Shown here in pieces: positions 49,933 to 58,997 of a stretch of 64,000 nucleotides of DNA. The position numbers and the translations under genes were made by a program. Every line of letters starts with the position of its first letter. The stretch's first letter is position 1. Below the pieces are notes generated by a model. The model was not told the DNA's origin, did no database searches, and worked only from the letters and a program-made list of their open reading frames with translations. The DNA lies in NCBI RefSeq assembly GCF_055900595.2, contig NZ_CM148325.1. One strand, 5' to 3'.

Positions 49933-50421
49933 TTAGTTAACCGCAGCTACGTAGTTTTTCACCAGATACGCGAATTCATGCACGCCAATTTCACCGAACC
50001 AAACCAGGTAGGCCGGGTCATCTAAACCAAAGTAACGGTAGCCAACAACTTCATGGGTTTTTGGGTTATAGAGTGTTACGATAAAGTCCCAGCCGCAGGT
50101 ATTGGCTTTGCAACCGTCGCCCTGGAACCAGACTGTACCGTTAATGTTTACTGGCGTGATACCTCCACCAGGGCCATCCATATAGCCGCCTTTACCGAAC
50201 ATGCCGCTCAGTCCGACCGGTTTTAATGCTTTGTCGATAGCGGCTTTGTAGGTAGCGTCACCTTCGTACAACTCGTACGTTGATGGACACGCTCCAGGTT
50301 GTTCAGCCCAGGCTTCCGGGTTACAACTAAGAGCTTGTTTTACGGTAGCCGCTTCTGCGTTAAAGTTAAAGCCCGTGAACAGAACCGCCAGAAATAACAT
50401 AAGGGTATGTAAACGTTTCAT
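49933..50421 (-). CDS. Secreted Cys-rich protein, unknown function (C-terminal part of ORF 49933..50724)
   Basis: Internal Met followed by a signal peptide (MKRLHTLMLFLAVLFTGFNFNAEA) with an SD-like ggaag upstream; the upstream in-frame 101 codons encode another signal-like segment. Confidence 0.5.
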   Translation of the reverse strand: MKRLHTLMLFLAVLFTGFNFNAEAATVKQALSCNPEAWAEQPGACPSTYELYEGDATYKAAIDKALKPVGLSGMFGKGGYMDGPGGGITPVNINGTVWFQGDGCKANTCGWDFIVTLYNPKTHEVVGYRYFGLDDPAYLVWFGEIGVHEFAYLVKNYVAAVN

Positions 50422-50751
50422 TGTAAATATTCTTCCGTTGTAAATGGCGCTGGAAAATTTCTCATCAGTGAAACCTTCCGGAAGTTTCCCCCCCTTGTAT
50501 GATGTATATCGCCAGTATTTTATTTCATCCCGGCTGTAATTTTTATATTCCCCGGCACGTGCAATAACGCTGACCAGAGATATAAGGCTCATTAATAACT
50601 TTACAGGTAATTTCATAATTAAATTTCCAGTGAGTGAATTGACAGGTGAGGGGTAAAACTTTCTCTCAGGTAATATATATCTGAAAATATTTTCAATAAC
50701 ACCAGACAGGAAAAACACCACCACAGGCGGTGGCGTTTCTTTGGGGCGTCT

Positions 50752-51822
50752 TTATTTAATCCGGGCCATCGCGTTTCTCAGTGCCAAATCTGCCTCTTCC
50801 GTTATATCCAGGCTTTTCTGCAATACCGCCTCTGACCGGGTCAGTGCCTGACGTGCTGCCAGCGGTTTCCGGATATGCTCCATCGCCAGCATCGTGTCTT
50901 CATAGCCCTGCTGACGCCAGGCGTCGGTATGTGCCGATGTAAAACTGAGCAGACCGCCGCTGTTGCCACCATCACCTGCATATTTCAGCCTTTTCCGGGG
51001 ACGGATCTCAAGGATTGTGGTGTCCGGAAAAGCCTGGCGATCCCATAAAGAACCGTCACTCAGATGCGTCACAATCACCATATTGCATCCGGCATCGACC
51101 AGAGGTGTCACAGGGGTATTTCCCTGCATATTTCGCCATCCTCCCATACCACCATCACCGAACATTGTCCCCTGAACCTCACGGGGACGGAACAGCAGGG
51201 GCAGCGCGGCTGACGCAAGCAGAGCCTCTTTCTGCTGTCCGCGGGGCAGGCTCTGGATATGCTGAAAAACGGCGTTTTTCGTGGTTCCGACACCCAGTTC
51301 AGCACGAATGCAGTCAATAATATCCTGCATGCCCCCTTCTGTGGGGTACAGCGACACATACAGCGGTAGCCCGTCTGCCAGAGCATCAGTATCAAGATAA
51401 TGATCCATCAGCGCTGTCAGGGGTTCATCTGACAACAACGGCTGAGCCATCAGATTGTCAAACCCGTTGATTGTCGATATATGGCGAAGAAGCGTCGTAA
51501 GCAGTGCTCCTGCACGTCCGGGGATCTGGCAGAGGTTCATTGCCTGGAACAATTTTTTCAGCAATGAAAAGTAAACCAATCTGTTTACCGACAGCACCTG
51601 ATTATTCCCCAGATGATCCCAGAGCGCCTCCAGGCGTACGGCAGCTTCTGACAGATCGGGAGAGGCCACGATAATGGCACCATTGAATGCGCCAATGCTG
51701 GCCCCTGAAACCATGCTGATCTGTGTACCACACTCTGCCAGTGCCTTAACCACTCCCGCCTGATAAGCGCCCACCGCCCCGCCACCGGACAGCACCAGCC
51801 CCGTTTTCATTTCTGTACTCAT
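50752..51822 (-). CDS. Patatin-like phospholipase
   Basis: 356-aa ORF with a Gly-rich oxyanion motif (SGGGAVGAYQAG), GxSxG nucleophile (GASIG) and DGG catalytic Asp motif (FGDGGMGG); start overlaps the upstream gene stop. Confidence 0.85.
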   Translation of the reverse strand: MSTEMKTGLVLSGGGAVGAYQAGVVKALAECGTQISMVSGASIGAFNGAIIVASPDLSEAAVRLEALWDHLGNNQVLSVNRLVYFSLLKKLFQAMNLCQIPGRAGALLTTLLRHISTINGFDNLMAQPLLSDEPLTALMDHYLDTDALADGLPLYVSLYPTEGGMQDIIDCIRAELGVGTTKNAVFQHIQSLPRGQQKEALLASAALPLLFRPREVQGTMFGDGGMGGWRNMQGNTPVTPLVDAGCNMVIVTHLSDGSLWDRQAFPDTTILEIRPRKRLKYAGDGGNSGGLLSFTSAHTDAWRQQGYEDTMLAMEHIRKPLAARQALTRSEAVLQKSLDITEEADLALRNAMARIK

Positions 51823-52724
51823 GCAGCCCCCTTCTGAAATATTTCATCGACCATACTTTCAGAGAGGCGTTCTGCAGAGCAGAGGCGAGGCATGCGAACC
51901 GGTAAGTGTTCTGCAGCCTGCGTGGTTGACCAGATCACCGGATGCTGCTCTTCACTGCACCAGTCTCCCAGCCAGTTAATCGCGTCATGCCACTCGTTAT
52001 CTGCCTGCTCCCGGCCCTGACCACCAAGCCAGTCCAGAGTGTTCAGACGCACGGTTGCACTACCGCCACTCTCCTGTGCCATCTGCGTTAATGCTTTATG
52101 TCTGAGAATATCCAGTAGCTGGTTAACCTGGCCTGTTTCGCTCTGACGTATCACATCACCAAACGCGCCCCAGCGAAGCTCTTCAAGTGCCACATAACAA
52201 CGTCCGGCAGGGGAAAATGACGCATATCGCCCGGCGCTCCACCATGAGAATATCTGCTCAAGATGTAACTGCGCCCGCTGAACCTGGTCAACACGGTGGA
52301 GTTTTTCTTCAAGATGATTCAGTTTATGGTGAACCTGATCGGCCAGGGTGAGTAACTGCTCCCGCGTATCTGCGGAATAATGCGCCAGCCTGGCTGTATC
52401 ACTGACCAGTGAACTGACCCTGTCGTTTACCCGGGTAATCGCGTAGTTTGTGGTGGCAAGTGACGTTGTCATCTCCGTCAGCCAGCGCAGGGACGCCTCA
52501 ACGCCCTGTGCAAGCGACGCATTGATGGCATTCTGCCGTGCAGCGCCTTCGCCGGTCAGCCCCTCTTTTAAACGCCGGAAGAACGTGCGCTCTCCGGCCG
52601 TGCGGATATGCTCCTGTGCAACATCGATTCCGTTTGCGAAATCAACCACAAATTTTTCAGGAAGACAGGTGAGTACCTGACATACCCGGTTATCAGCAAT
52701 TTGTTGAATAAATGGTGAAGTCAC
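51819..52724 (-). CDS. Hypothetical protein, predicted helical, no recognisable domain
   Basis: 301-aa ORF whose start and stop overlap the dynamin-like and patatin-like genes by 4 bp each. Confidence 0.7.
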   Translation of the reverse strand: MTSPFIQQIADNRVCQVLTCLPEKFVVDFANGIDVAQEHIRTAGERTFFRRLKEGLTGEGAARQNAINASLAQGVEASLRWLTEMTTSLATTNYAITRVNDRVSSLVSDTARLAHYSADTREQLLTLADQVHHKLNHLEEKLHRVDQVQRAQLHLEQIFSWWSAGRYASFSPAGRCYVALEELRWGAFGDVIRQSETGQVNQLLDILRHKALTQMAQESGGSATVRLNTLDWLGGQGREQADNEWHDAINWLGDWCSEEQHPVIWSTTQAAEHLPVRMPRLCSAERLSESMVDEIFQKGAA

Positions 52725-55117
52725 AGCATTGTCTCCAGCTCTTCCCTCAGCGCCTTACTGTCAGTAATGAGCTCAGGAACCCTTTCATTTAATGCCTGAA
52801 GTCGCCCGGTAAGTCGTTCCTGCGCCTGCTGATCGCGTTTATGATCTTCAGAGCTCTGAATCAGCGTGTTACGCAGTTGTTCAACTTTCTCCCTGAATGC
52901 GCAGAAAAAGGCATCGATTTCCTGGCGGACGGGCTGGTTAATATCCTGCTCAATGGATGCCTGCAGCTCCCCGAAATATGCCCGGGTCAGTGACATAACT
53001 TCCTCTCTGACCTTGTTGATATTGATCACGCTGCGACTCACATCCTCGTCATAGTTTTCCCAGCCCAGGTCACTGGTGCCAAACCATCGACAAACGGTTC
53101 CCCATACGCCACTCTGCCGACGGCGACGGGTGACGGTCTCCGTTCTTTCCTCCATAAGCGCACTCAGATTTATTTTTACCGCGAGCCGGGTCTGTAACTG
53201 GCTGACTGCCGGAAAACTGATTTTTACGGTAAAGCCCTCATCCTCCAGGCGGGCATTGATGCGACCGGCAATGTTTTCTGTGGCGTACAGGGCCGTGCCA
53301 CGAAAACCTGTTTCAATCCCGCTGACGATTTTCTCCAGCTCAGGCCGGAACTGTGCTTCAGCCTCACGGTGCAGGCTGGTCACGGTCGATTCGATTTGCG
53401 TCATCAGTTCAAGGGCTTCCCTGCGATCACTGAATTTTATTTCGGGGCTGTCCGGGGCAAAATCTCGTTTCCTGTAATCCTCCCGGCCCTGGTTGTTGAT
53501 ACCGGACCATTGAGAAATTTTCCCCCATAATCCGGACTGAGACCTTCGTTGTTCTGCGTCTTCTTCCTCCAGCATTTGCTGTTCTTTGCGTTTACCGCTT
53601 CTGAAATAGTCATTCAGCTCCTCTTCCAGTGAGGTGCAGACCCCCGTCAGTAATTCCCGGGTTTTAGTATCGATCTCCTCCATGGCCATTCTGACATCAG
53701 TGGTCATCTGCTCCTGACAGTCCGCGATTTCCCGGATATCCGCAAGCAGGCTGGTGATATGCGACTGCAGTGACTGAATGCTTTGCTGTAGCCCCTGATG
53801 GCGTAACAACAGGTATTCACTGATATTTTCTGCATTCTGCATCAGTTTTGCGGCGGCAGAGTCAACCGCCAGTGCCGCAGCTCTGGAATGTGAGCTCTGT
53901 ATGACTTCCGTTATCAGTTGATCGATAAGTGAGCCTTCCCACAGGTCTGTCGCCCCTTCAGTTGCCAGTTCACTGTCTTTACAGACGTATTCTTTTTTCA
54001 TGCAACCGAAGGCACCTCTGATAAAATCATCGACCCAGGCTTCATCAACAGGAAGGGTTCCGTTTTTCCGTAACTCATGAAGCGCACGGTTAGCCAGGTA
54101 TGCCTGGCGTGAGGATCCGGGATAAACGCGGGAGGCGGGCAGCACATTGCTGTTCAGCATTGCCGGAACTTTCTGGCGTACGGCATCTGCCCCATCGCCA
54201 TTGCGGTCTTTCTCATCAAATTTATTGACCAGTACAAACAGGCGGCCGGCTGATACGTCAGCAATGGCATTAAGCTCTTTACGGACGTCTTCATCCGCTT
54301 TTGAGTTCATCTGTGTGTAATCCATCACAGCCAGAACCGCAGAGGCTTTCTGCAGTTGATCCCGCATCATCACTTCCATCTGCGGTTGTCCGGCCTCATT
54401 AGGGCCGGGGGTATCCAGCAGTGTGAGTGTTCCCTGGCATGCATCCATCCCCACCAGATGGCTGAATTCCACGTCGATCACCGGCAGTTTCTGCACTTCT
54501 GCGTATTCATCAAAAGGAAATTCAGTCCCCATTGCCGCAGCAAGACGAACCAGATCGTTTAACGATGCCAGTCCGGTAAAGATTTCCTCCTCCCCGTGGT
54601 ATTCATTTTTGAGCCAGCCATCATCCGTCAGAATATCCAGCAGTTCGCGGGTATCCCCGGTTTGCTGCAGGGTCTGTGCGACCTGCTGTCCTGCCGGGGT
54701 GGCGAGTTTTTCCTGCAGTGTGATTAATAAATTGCGGACAGGCTGAATATGTTCCAGATGGAGAACCGGCTCAGTTTTTCCGGGAACGTGGCGGATGAGC
54801 GTCGGTACAGAGGTCATGGGGCGGTTACGGTTAGGCAGAATTTCCTGCCCCACAATGGCGTTGATGGTGGTTGATTTGCCTGCTTTCATCGTGCCGACAA
54901 CAGCCAGCACCATCTCCCTGCGGGCGGTTTTGATTTGTTCGCCCTCCAGCTCCTCAATTCTTTTCAGTGCTTTCTGTTTATCAAAAAGCAGTCTGTTTTC
55001 GTTCTTACTGTCAGATAACACATCTGGCTCCTCAACCATTTGCCGGAGCAGATTAATGTTCAGTTGCAAAAGTCGGTCGGCTTCATCACAAAGCAGGGCG
55101 ATGTTCTTTTCGTGCAT
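52721..55117 (-). CDS. Bacterial dynamin-like large GTPase
   Basis: 798-aa ORF with G1 P-loop GTMKAGKST (aa 75-83), G3 DTPG (aa 235-238), G4 NKFD (aa 298-301), and a long helical C-terminal half with two repeated RxQSG.WG...W motifs. Confidence 0.85.
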   Translation of the reverse strand: MHEKNIALLCDEADRLLQLNINLLRQMVEEPDVLSDSKNENRLLFDKQKALKRIEELEGEQIKTARREMVLAVVGTMKAGKSTTINAIVGQEILPNRNRPMTSVPTLIRHVPGKTEPVLHLEHIQPVRNLLITLQEKLATPAGQQVAQTLQQTGDTRELLDILTDDGWLKNEYHGEEEIFTGLASLNDLVRLAAAMGTEFPFDEYAEVQKLPVIDVEFSHLVGMDACQGTLTLLDTPGPNEAGQPQMEVMMRDQLQKASAVLAVMDYTQMNSKADEDVRKELNAIADVSAGRLFVLVNKFDEKDRNGDGADAVRQKVPAMLNSNVLPASRVYPGSSRQAYLANRALHELRKNGTLPVDEAWVDDFIRGAFGCMKKEYVCKDSELATEGATDLWEGSLIDQLITEVIQSSHSRAAALAVDSAAAKLMQNAENISEYLLLRHQGLQQSIQSLQSHITSLLADIREIADCQEQMTTDVRMAMEEIDTKTRELLTGVCTSLEEELNDYFRSGKRKEQQMLEEEDAEQRRSQSGLWGKISQWSGINNQGREDYRKRDFAPDSPEIKFSDRREALELMTQIESTVTSLHREAEAQFRPELEKIVSGIETGFRGTALYATENIAGRINARLEDEGFTVKISFPAVSQLQTRLAVKINLSALMEERTETVTRRRRQSGVWGTVCRWFGTSDLGWENYDEDVSRSVININKVREEVMSLTRAYFGELQASIEQDINQPVRQEIDAFFCAFREKVEQLRNTLIQSSEDHKRDQQAQERLTGRLQALNERVPELITDSKALREELETML

Positions 55118-55379
55118 TATTTAACCTTCCTAAGACGCATTTTCATGACAACCACGGAGGAGGTCATTTACTACAAACGATCGTTTATAACGATCGATAT
55201 GATAGTAACGATCGATGTATTCTATTAACTTGAGAAACACAACGCAAGGGGACAACCCGGGTATGGCTGCGTTTGCATAGTGTTTTCATGGAGTTAAAAA
55301 TCTGTAACAACAGCCTGGTACATCACCACCGGGTTCAGAAGAAAATCCAGTTCCATACCGCGCGGGCAACAGAGACCAC

Positions 55380-56129
55380 CTAGTCACGGACGGCGCGCAG
55401 AACCGTGCGTGCAACAGAGGCAATGCAGACGCTCTCCGCCGTGTCAAATATCCGGTCCACCGCACCGGTAAACTGTTCACGGGCCTGAGACCGGACAGAC
55501 TCCGTGCGCAGCTCGTCCTGCAGGCGGGTCATCAGGGGACTGGCGGCATGGTCGGGAAGTGCTGTCATGAGCGCACTGACCAGCGTATCCAGTTCCCAGC
55601 CGGTGCGGGCCGATACGGCAACAACCCGATGTACGGGCCGGAACAGACGGAATACCGCCTCCGTTTTTTCGCGAATGTTCTGTGCCTGTGCGGGAGAAGG
55701 CTGAATACCGGCCATATCCCATTCATGGCAGGGCTCCGTTTTATCGGCCTGCATCACCACAAACAGTACCCGCTGATGTCCCCGGTGCAGGATGTGTCGC
55801 CAGAAATACTCATCCACAGACAGGGCACGGTCATCGGCTTTAATCAGCCACAGTACCAGGTCCAGTTCGAGCAGAATGTCACGGTACAGGGCTTCATACT
55901 CTGCATCCCTGTCCCGGCTCTCGCCCACCCCGGGCAGGTCAGTGATAACCATGCTGTGACCATGGCCATTCAGACGGAAGCGCTGCACTTCCCGGGGGCC
56001 GGCGTGAACATCACTGACCGGGGTGACCTCCCCCTGAAACAGCGCATTACAGAGTGAGGATTTACCGGCCCCGCTTTTACCCATAATGCCAGGCACGGGT
56101 TCGTGACTGGTGAGTTTGCGCAGATGTTC
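55380..56129 (-). pseudogene. YeeP/YfjP/YkfA-type small GTPase, 3-prime portion, disrupted by IS66 insertion
   Basis: ORF 55380..56096 (P-loop GIMGKSGAGKSSL, DLPG); the reading frame continues upstream to the IS boundary; the 5-prime portion lies beyond the IS. Confidence 0.75.
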
Positions 56130-56159
56130 GTAAGCGACTCGTCAGAACCGTATTGATAT

Positions 56160-57731
56160 TTACTGAGAGCTCAGATCAACTTTCCAGGGCAACAGATCGC
56201 GTACCCGGTTTGCCGGCCAGTCCTGGATATGTTCAATGACGTAACGCAGCCACTTTTCTGGCTCCACATTGTTCAGACGGCATGTGCCGATCAGCGAGTA
56301 CAACACCGCCGCATGTTCACCACCGCTGTCGGAACCCGCGAACATCCAGTTTTTCCGGCCTACGGCCACTCCCCGTAAGGCGTTCTCTGCGATGTTGTTG
56401 TCGATTTCCACCCAGCCATTACTGCAGTACACGTTCAGTGCATCCCACTGTTTCAGCAGGTATGCGAACGCTTTTGCCGTATCTGAGTGACGCGACAGTG
56501 TTTTCATCTGTTGCTGTATCCAGTCATACAGTGACTGCATCAGTGGCGCGGCTCTGGCTTTTCTTGCCGCCAGACGCTGTTCTGCTGAACAGCCCCGGAC
56601 CTCTGCCTCGATGGCATACAGTTCACCGATACGCTGCAGGGCTTCCGTGGTGATGTAGGTGGGCGCTCTTGCATGCACATCGTGGATTTTTCTCCGGGCA
56701 TGAGCCATACACGCGGCTTCCGTTATTCTGCCGGATTCGTATAACGCCCGGTAACCACCGTAAGCATCGGCCTGAAGCACACCGCTGTAACCGGCCAGGT
56801 GATTTTGTGGATGGATACCTTTCCGGTCCGGACTGTACGCGAACCAGACCGCCGGGGGCATCTGTGAACCGGCGTTACGGTCATCACGGACGTAGACCCA
56901 CAGCCGGGCTGTCCGGGTTTTACCGCTGCCCGGCTCCTGGACCGGGACGGGGATATCATCAGCATGGACTTTACCGGGCATCAGCACATACTGGCGCAGG
57001 ACGTCATACAGCGGCTCCAGCAGTTCAGCAACAGCACCTGTCCAGCGCCCCAGTGTGGCACGGCTCAGCTCCACTCCCTGACGACGGTATATTTCTGACT
57101 GGCGGTATAACGGCAGATGGTCTGCATATTTCCCGGTGACAACATGGGCCAGAAGCCCCGCTCCGGCATAACTGCGTGCAATGGGTTTTGAAGGTACTGG
57201 TGCCTGCACGATATGGTCGCACCGGCAACAGGCCTGTTTCGGACGTTGTGTTTCGATAACCTTAAAGGCGCTGCTGATAAGCTCCAGTTGCTCTGACACA
57301 TCACATCCCAGAGAACTGAGTTCACCACCACAGGCAGGACAGCATTCCTCTTCCGGCCGGATAACCCGGGTTTCACGGGGAAGTGAGGCCGGTAACGGTT
57401 TACGGGCTGAAGACTGGCGCAGGGCGGATGGCAGTACCGGGTCATATTGCTCACCCAGCGTTTCCGCCATTTCTTCCTGAAGTGCGCTGATTCGCTCCTG
57501 TGCTTCCTGTATCTGCCGTTCGGTTTTTGCACGAAGTTTTTCTGAGCTTTTACCGAACTGCATACGTTGCAGTTTCGCAACCAGCGCCTTCAGCCGGTTG
57601 ATTTCGGAAGCATAAGCCGCCACCCGCTGTGAGAGCAGGCGGTTGTATTCAGCCATCTGGCGGATGGTGTCCTGTTGCGTCTGCAACAGTGCCCGCAGGC
57701 GGGCGTTCTCATGAGCAAGTGAGGTGTCCAT
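56160..57731 (-). CDS. IS66-family transposase (orfC)
   Basis: 523-aa ORF with N-terminal coiled coil, zinc-finger-like CxxC pair and the typical C-terminus. Confidence 0.88.
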   Translation of the reverse strand: MDTSLAHENARLRALLQTQQDTIRQMAEYNRLLSQRVAAYASEINRLKALVAKLQRMQFGKSSEKLRAKTERQIQEAQERISALQEEMAETLGEQYDPVLPSALRQSSARKPLPASLPRETRVIRPEEECCPACGGELSSLGCDVSEQLELISSAFKVIETQRPKQACCRCDHIVQAPVPSKPIARSYAGAGLLAHVVTGKYADHLPLYRQSEIYRRQGVELSRATLGRWTGAVAELLEPLYDVLRQYVLMPGKVHADDIPVPVQEPGSGKTRTARLWVYVRDDRNAGSQMPPAVWFAYSPDRKGIHPQNHLAGYSGVLQADAYGGYRALYESGRITEAACMAHARRKIHDVHARAPTYITTEALQRIGELYAIEAEVRGCSAEQRLAARKARAAPLMQSLYDWIQQQMKTLSRHSDTAKAFAYLLKQWDALNVYCSNGWVEIDNNIAENALRGVAVGRKNWMFAGSDSGGEHAAVLYSLIGTCRLNNVEPEKWLRYVIEHIQDWPANRVRDLLPWKVDLSSQ

Positions 57732-57750
57732 ATCCTCACTTTACAACGGG

Positions 57751-58098
57751 TTATATGCGGATTCCAGCGCGTTCCGTTCGTTTCGGGTGCTTCCAGTTGA
57801 TACCTTCAAGAAGCATGGATAACTGAGCCGGAGTAAGGTGCACCTTGCCGTCACGGGTGACTGGCCAGACGAAGCGGCCCCGCTCCAGGCGTTTGGTGAA
57901 GAGGCACAGTCCGTCACTGTCAGCCCACAACACTTTTATCTGGTCACCCCGGCGTCCGCGGAAGATGAACAGGTGTCCGGAGAACGGGTCATCCTTCAGG
58001 ACGTTCTGAACTTTTGATGCCAGGCCGTTAAAGCCATTTCGCATATCGGTGATACCTGCAACCAGCCAGATACGCGAACCTGCAGGGAGAGATATCAT
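57751..58098 (-). CDS. IS66-family accessory protein TnpB (orfB)
   Basis: 115-aa ORF directly upstream of orfC. Confidence 0.85.
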   Translation of the reverse strand: MISLPAGSRIWLVAGITDMRNGFNGLASKVQNVLKDDPFSGHLFIFRGRRGDQIKVLWADSDGLCLFTKRLERGRFVWPVTRDGKVHLTPAQLSMLLEGINWKHPKRTERAGIRI

Positions 58099-58775
58099 CA
58101 GTGGCTGCTCCCTTTTATTTCGCGGATAAGTGTCTGTAATAACGCCGGCGTCAGTTTACCTTTAAGCCTGAGAGTTCCGGCCGGCAGAACCAGCTCACAA
58201 CACAGACTGTCGGACGGTGTATTTATCCGCTCTGGTTCCTGTGCGGGGGCCGGGATTTTATTATCCGGCTCCGGCGTTAACGTCACGGGAAGCAGTGCCG
58301 GCATATTTTTTCCGGAAGGCAGCAGGCCACCTTTCCGGTATTGATGGCGCCAGTTGAAGAGCAGGTTATCGTTGATTCCGTTTTCCCGGGCGATCTGCGC
58401 CACACAGGCTCCGGGCTGCAGTGACTGCTCCACTAAGGCGATTTTAAACTCATAAGGGAAGTTGGGCCGCCGGGGACGTTTTTTTACCACGGGGGCTTCG
58501 GATATAACGGTGCTTTCAGGACGTACGACTGGTACCGTGGAAAATTGTCCGTAAAGGCAGGCATCAAGTTCCTGCTCCGACATGCCTGCGGGCAAAGGCC
58601 ACGAAAGGCCAGCTCTCCGAAAGCGCACGAACATACTACAAACTGTTGATTTTGGTACACCCAGGCGACGCCCGGCCACAACCCGGGGTAAATGTTCTTC
58701 AAAGTGAAGACGTAAAGCTTCAGTGATCCAGGTCCGGTGTTTCATACGATAGTGTCCATTAAAAATGATGGACAT
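58098..58775 (-). CDS. IS66-family orfA (HTH protein), possibly with an N-terminal extension
   Basis: 225-aa ORF; the C-terminal two thirds resemble IS66 orfA; true start may be internal. Confidence 0.7.
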   Translation of the reverse strand: MSIIFNGHYRMKHRTWITEALRLHFEEHLPRVVAGRRLGVPKSTVCSMFVRFRRAGLSWPLPAGMSEQELDACLYGQFSTVPVVRPESTVISEAPVVKKRPRRPNFPYEFKIALVEQSLQPGACVAQIARENGINDNLLFNWRHQYRKGGLLPSGKNMPALLPVTLTPEPDNKIPAPAQEPERINTPSDSLCCELVLPAGTLRLKGKLTPALLQTLIREIKGSSH

Positions 58776-58826
58776 TATTTTTGTAGAGCCGGAGGAAACA
58801 GACCAGACGGTTTAAATGAGCCGGTT

Positions 58827-58914
58827 ACAGATGTTCCAGGATGTGACGGGAAAGTGAGTAAGGCAGGGAGGAGAGCGGTTTTTCAATTGCCTCAATGGCA
58901 TCAGACGGATTCAT
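58827..58914 (-). pseudogene. YeeP/YfjP-type small GTPase, 5-prime portion (N-terminal about 29 codons)
   Basis: Minus-strand reading MNPSDAIEAIEKPLSSLPYSLSRHILEHL runs into the IS66 target duplication and continues in frame after the IS (RKLTSHEPVPGIMGKSGAGKS...). Confidence 0.5.
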
Positions 58915-58997
58915 ACATGTATTCCCGGTGAAAAAAGACAAAACCCCGCGCACCGGAAAGGTGGCGGGGGATTCACGGAAATAATATCTGTCTGAAA

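Larger units (their letters stand above)
56130..58818 (-). mobile_element. Complete IS66-family insertion sequence, about 2.69 kb
   Basis: Three consecutive minus-strand ORFs in IS66 order; imperfect terminal inverted repeats (gtaagcgactcgt... at the left end, ...atgagccggttac at the right end); flanked by an 8-bp direct repeat AGATGTTC at about 56122-56129 and 58819-58826. Confidence 0.82.

Noticed and set aside
53076-53477. 133-aa plus-strand ORF inside the dynamin-like gene
   Set aside because: Antisense to a gene with clear GTPase motifs; Ser/Arg-rich low-complexity translation.
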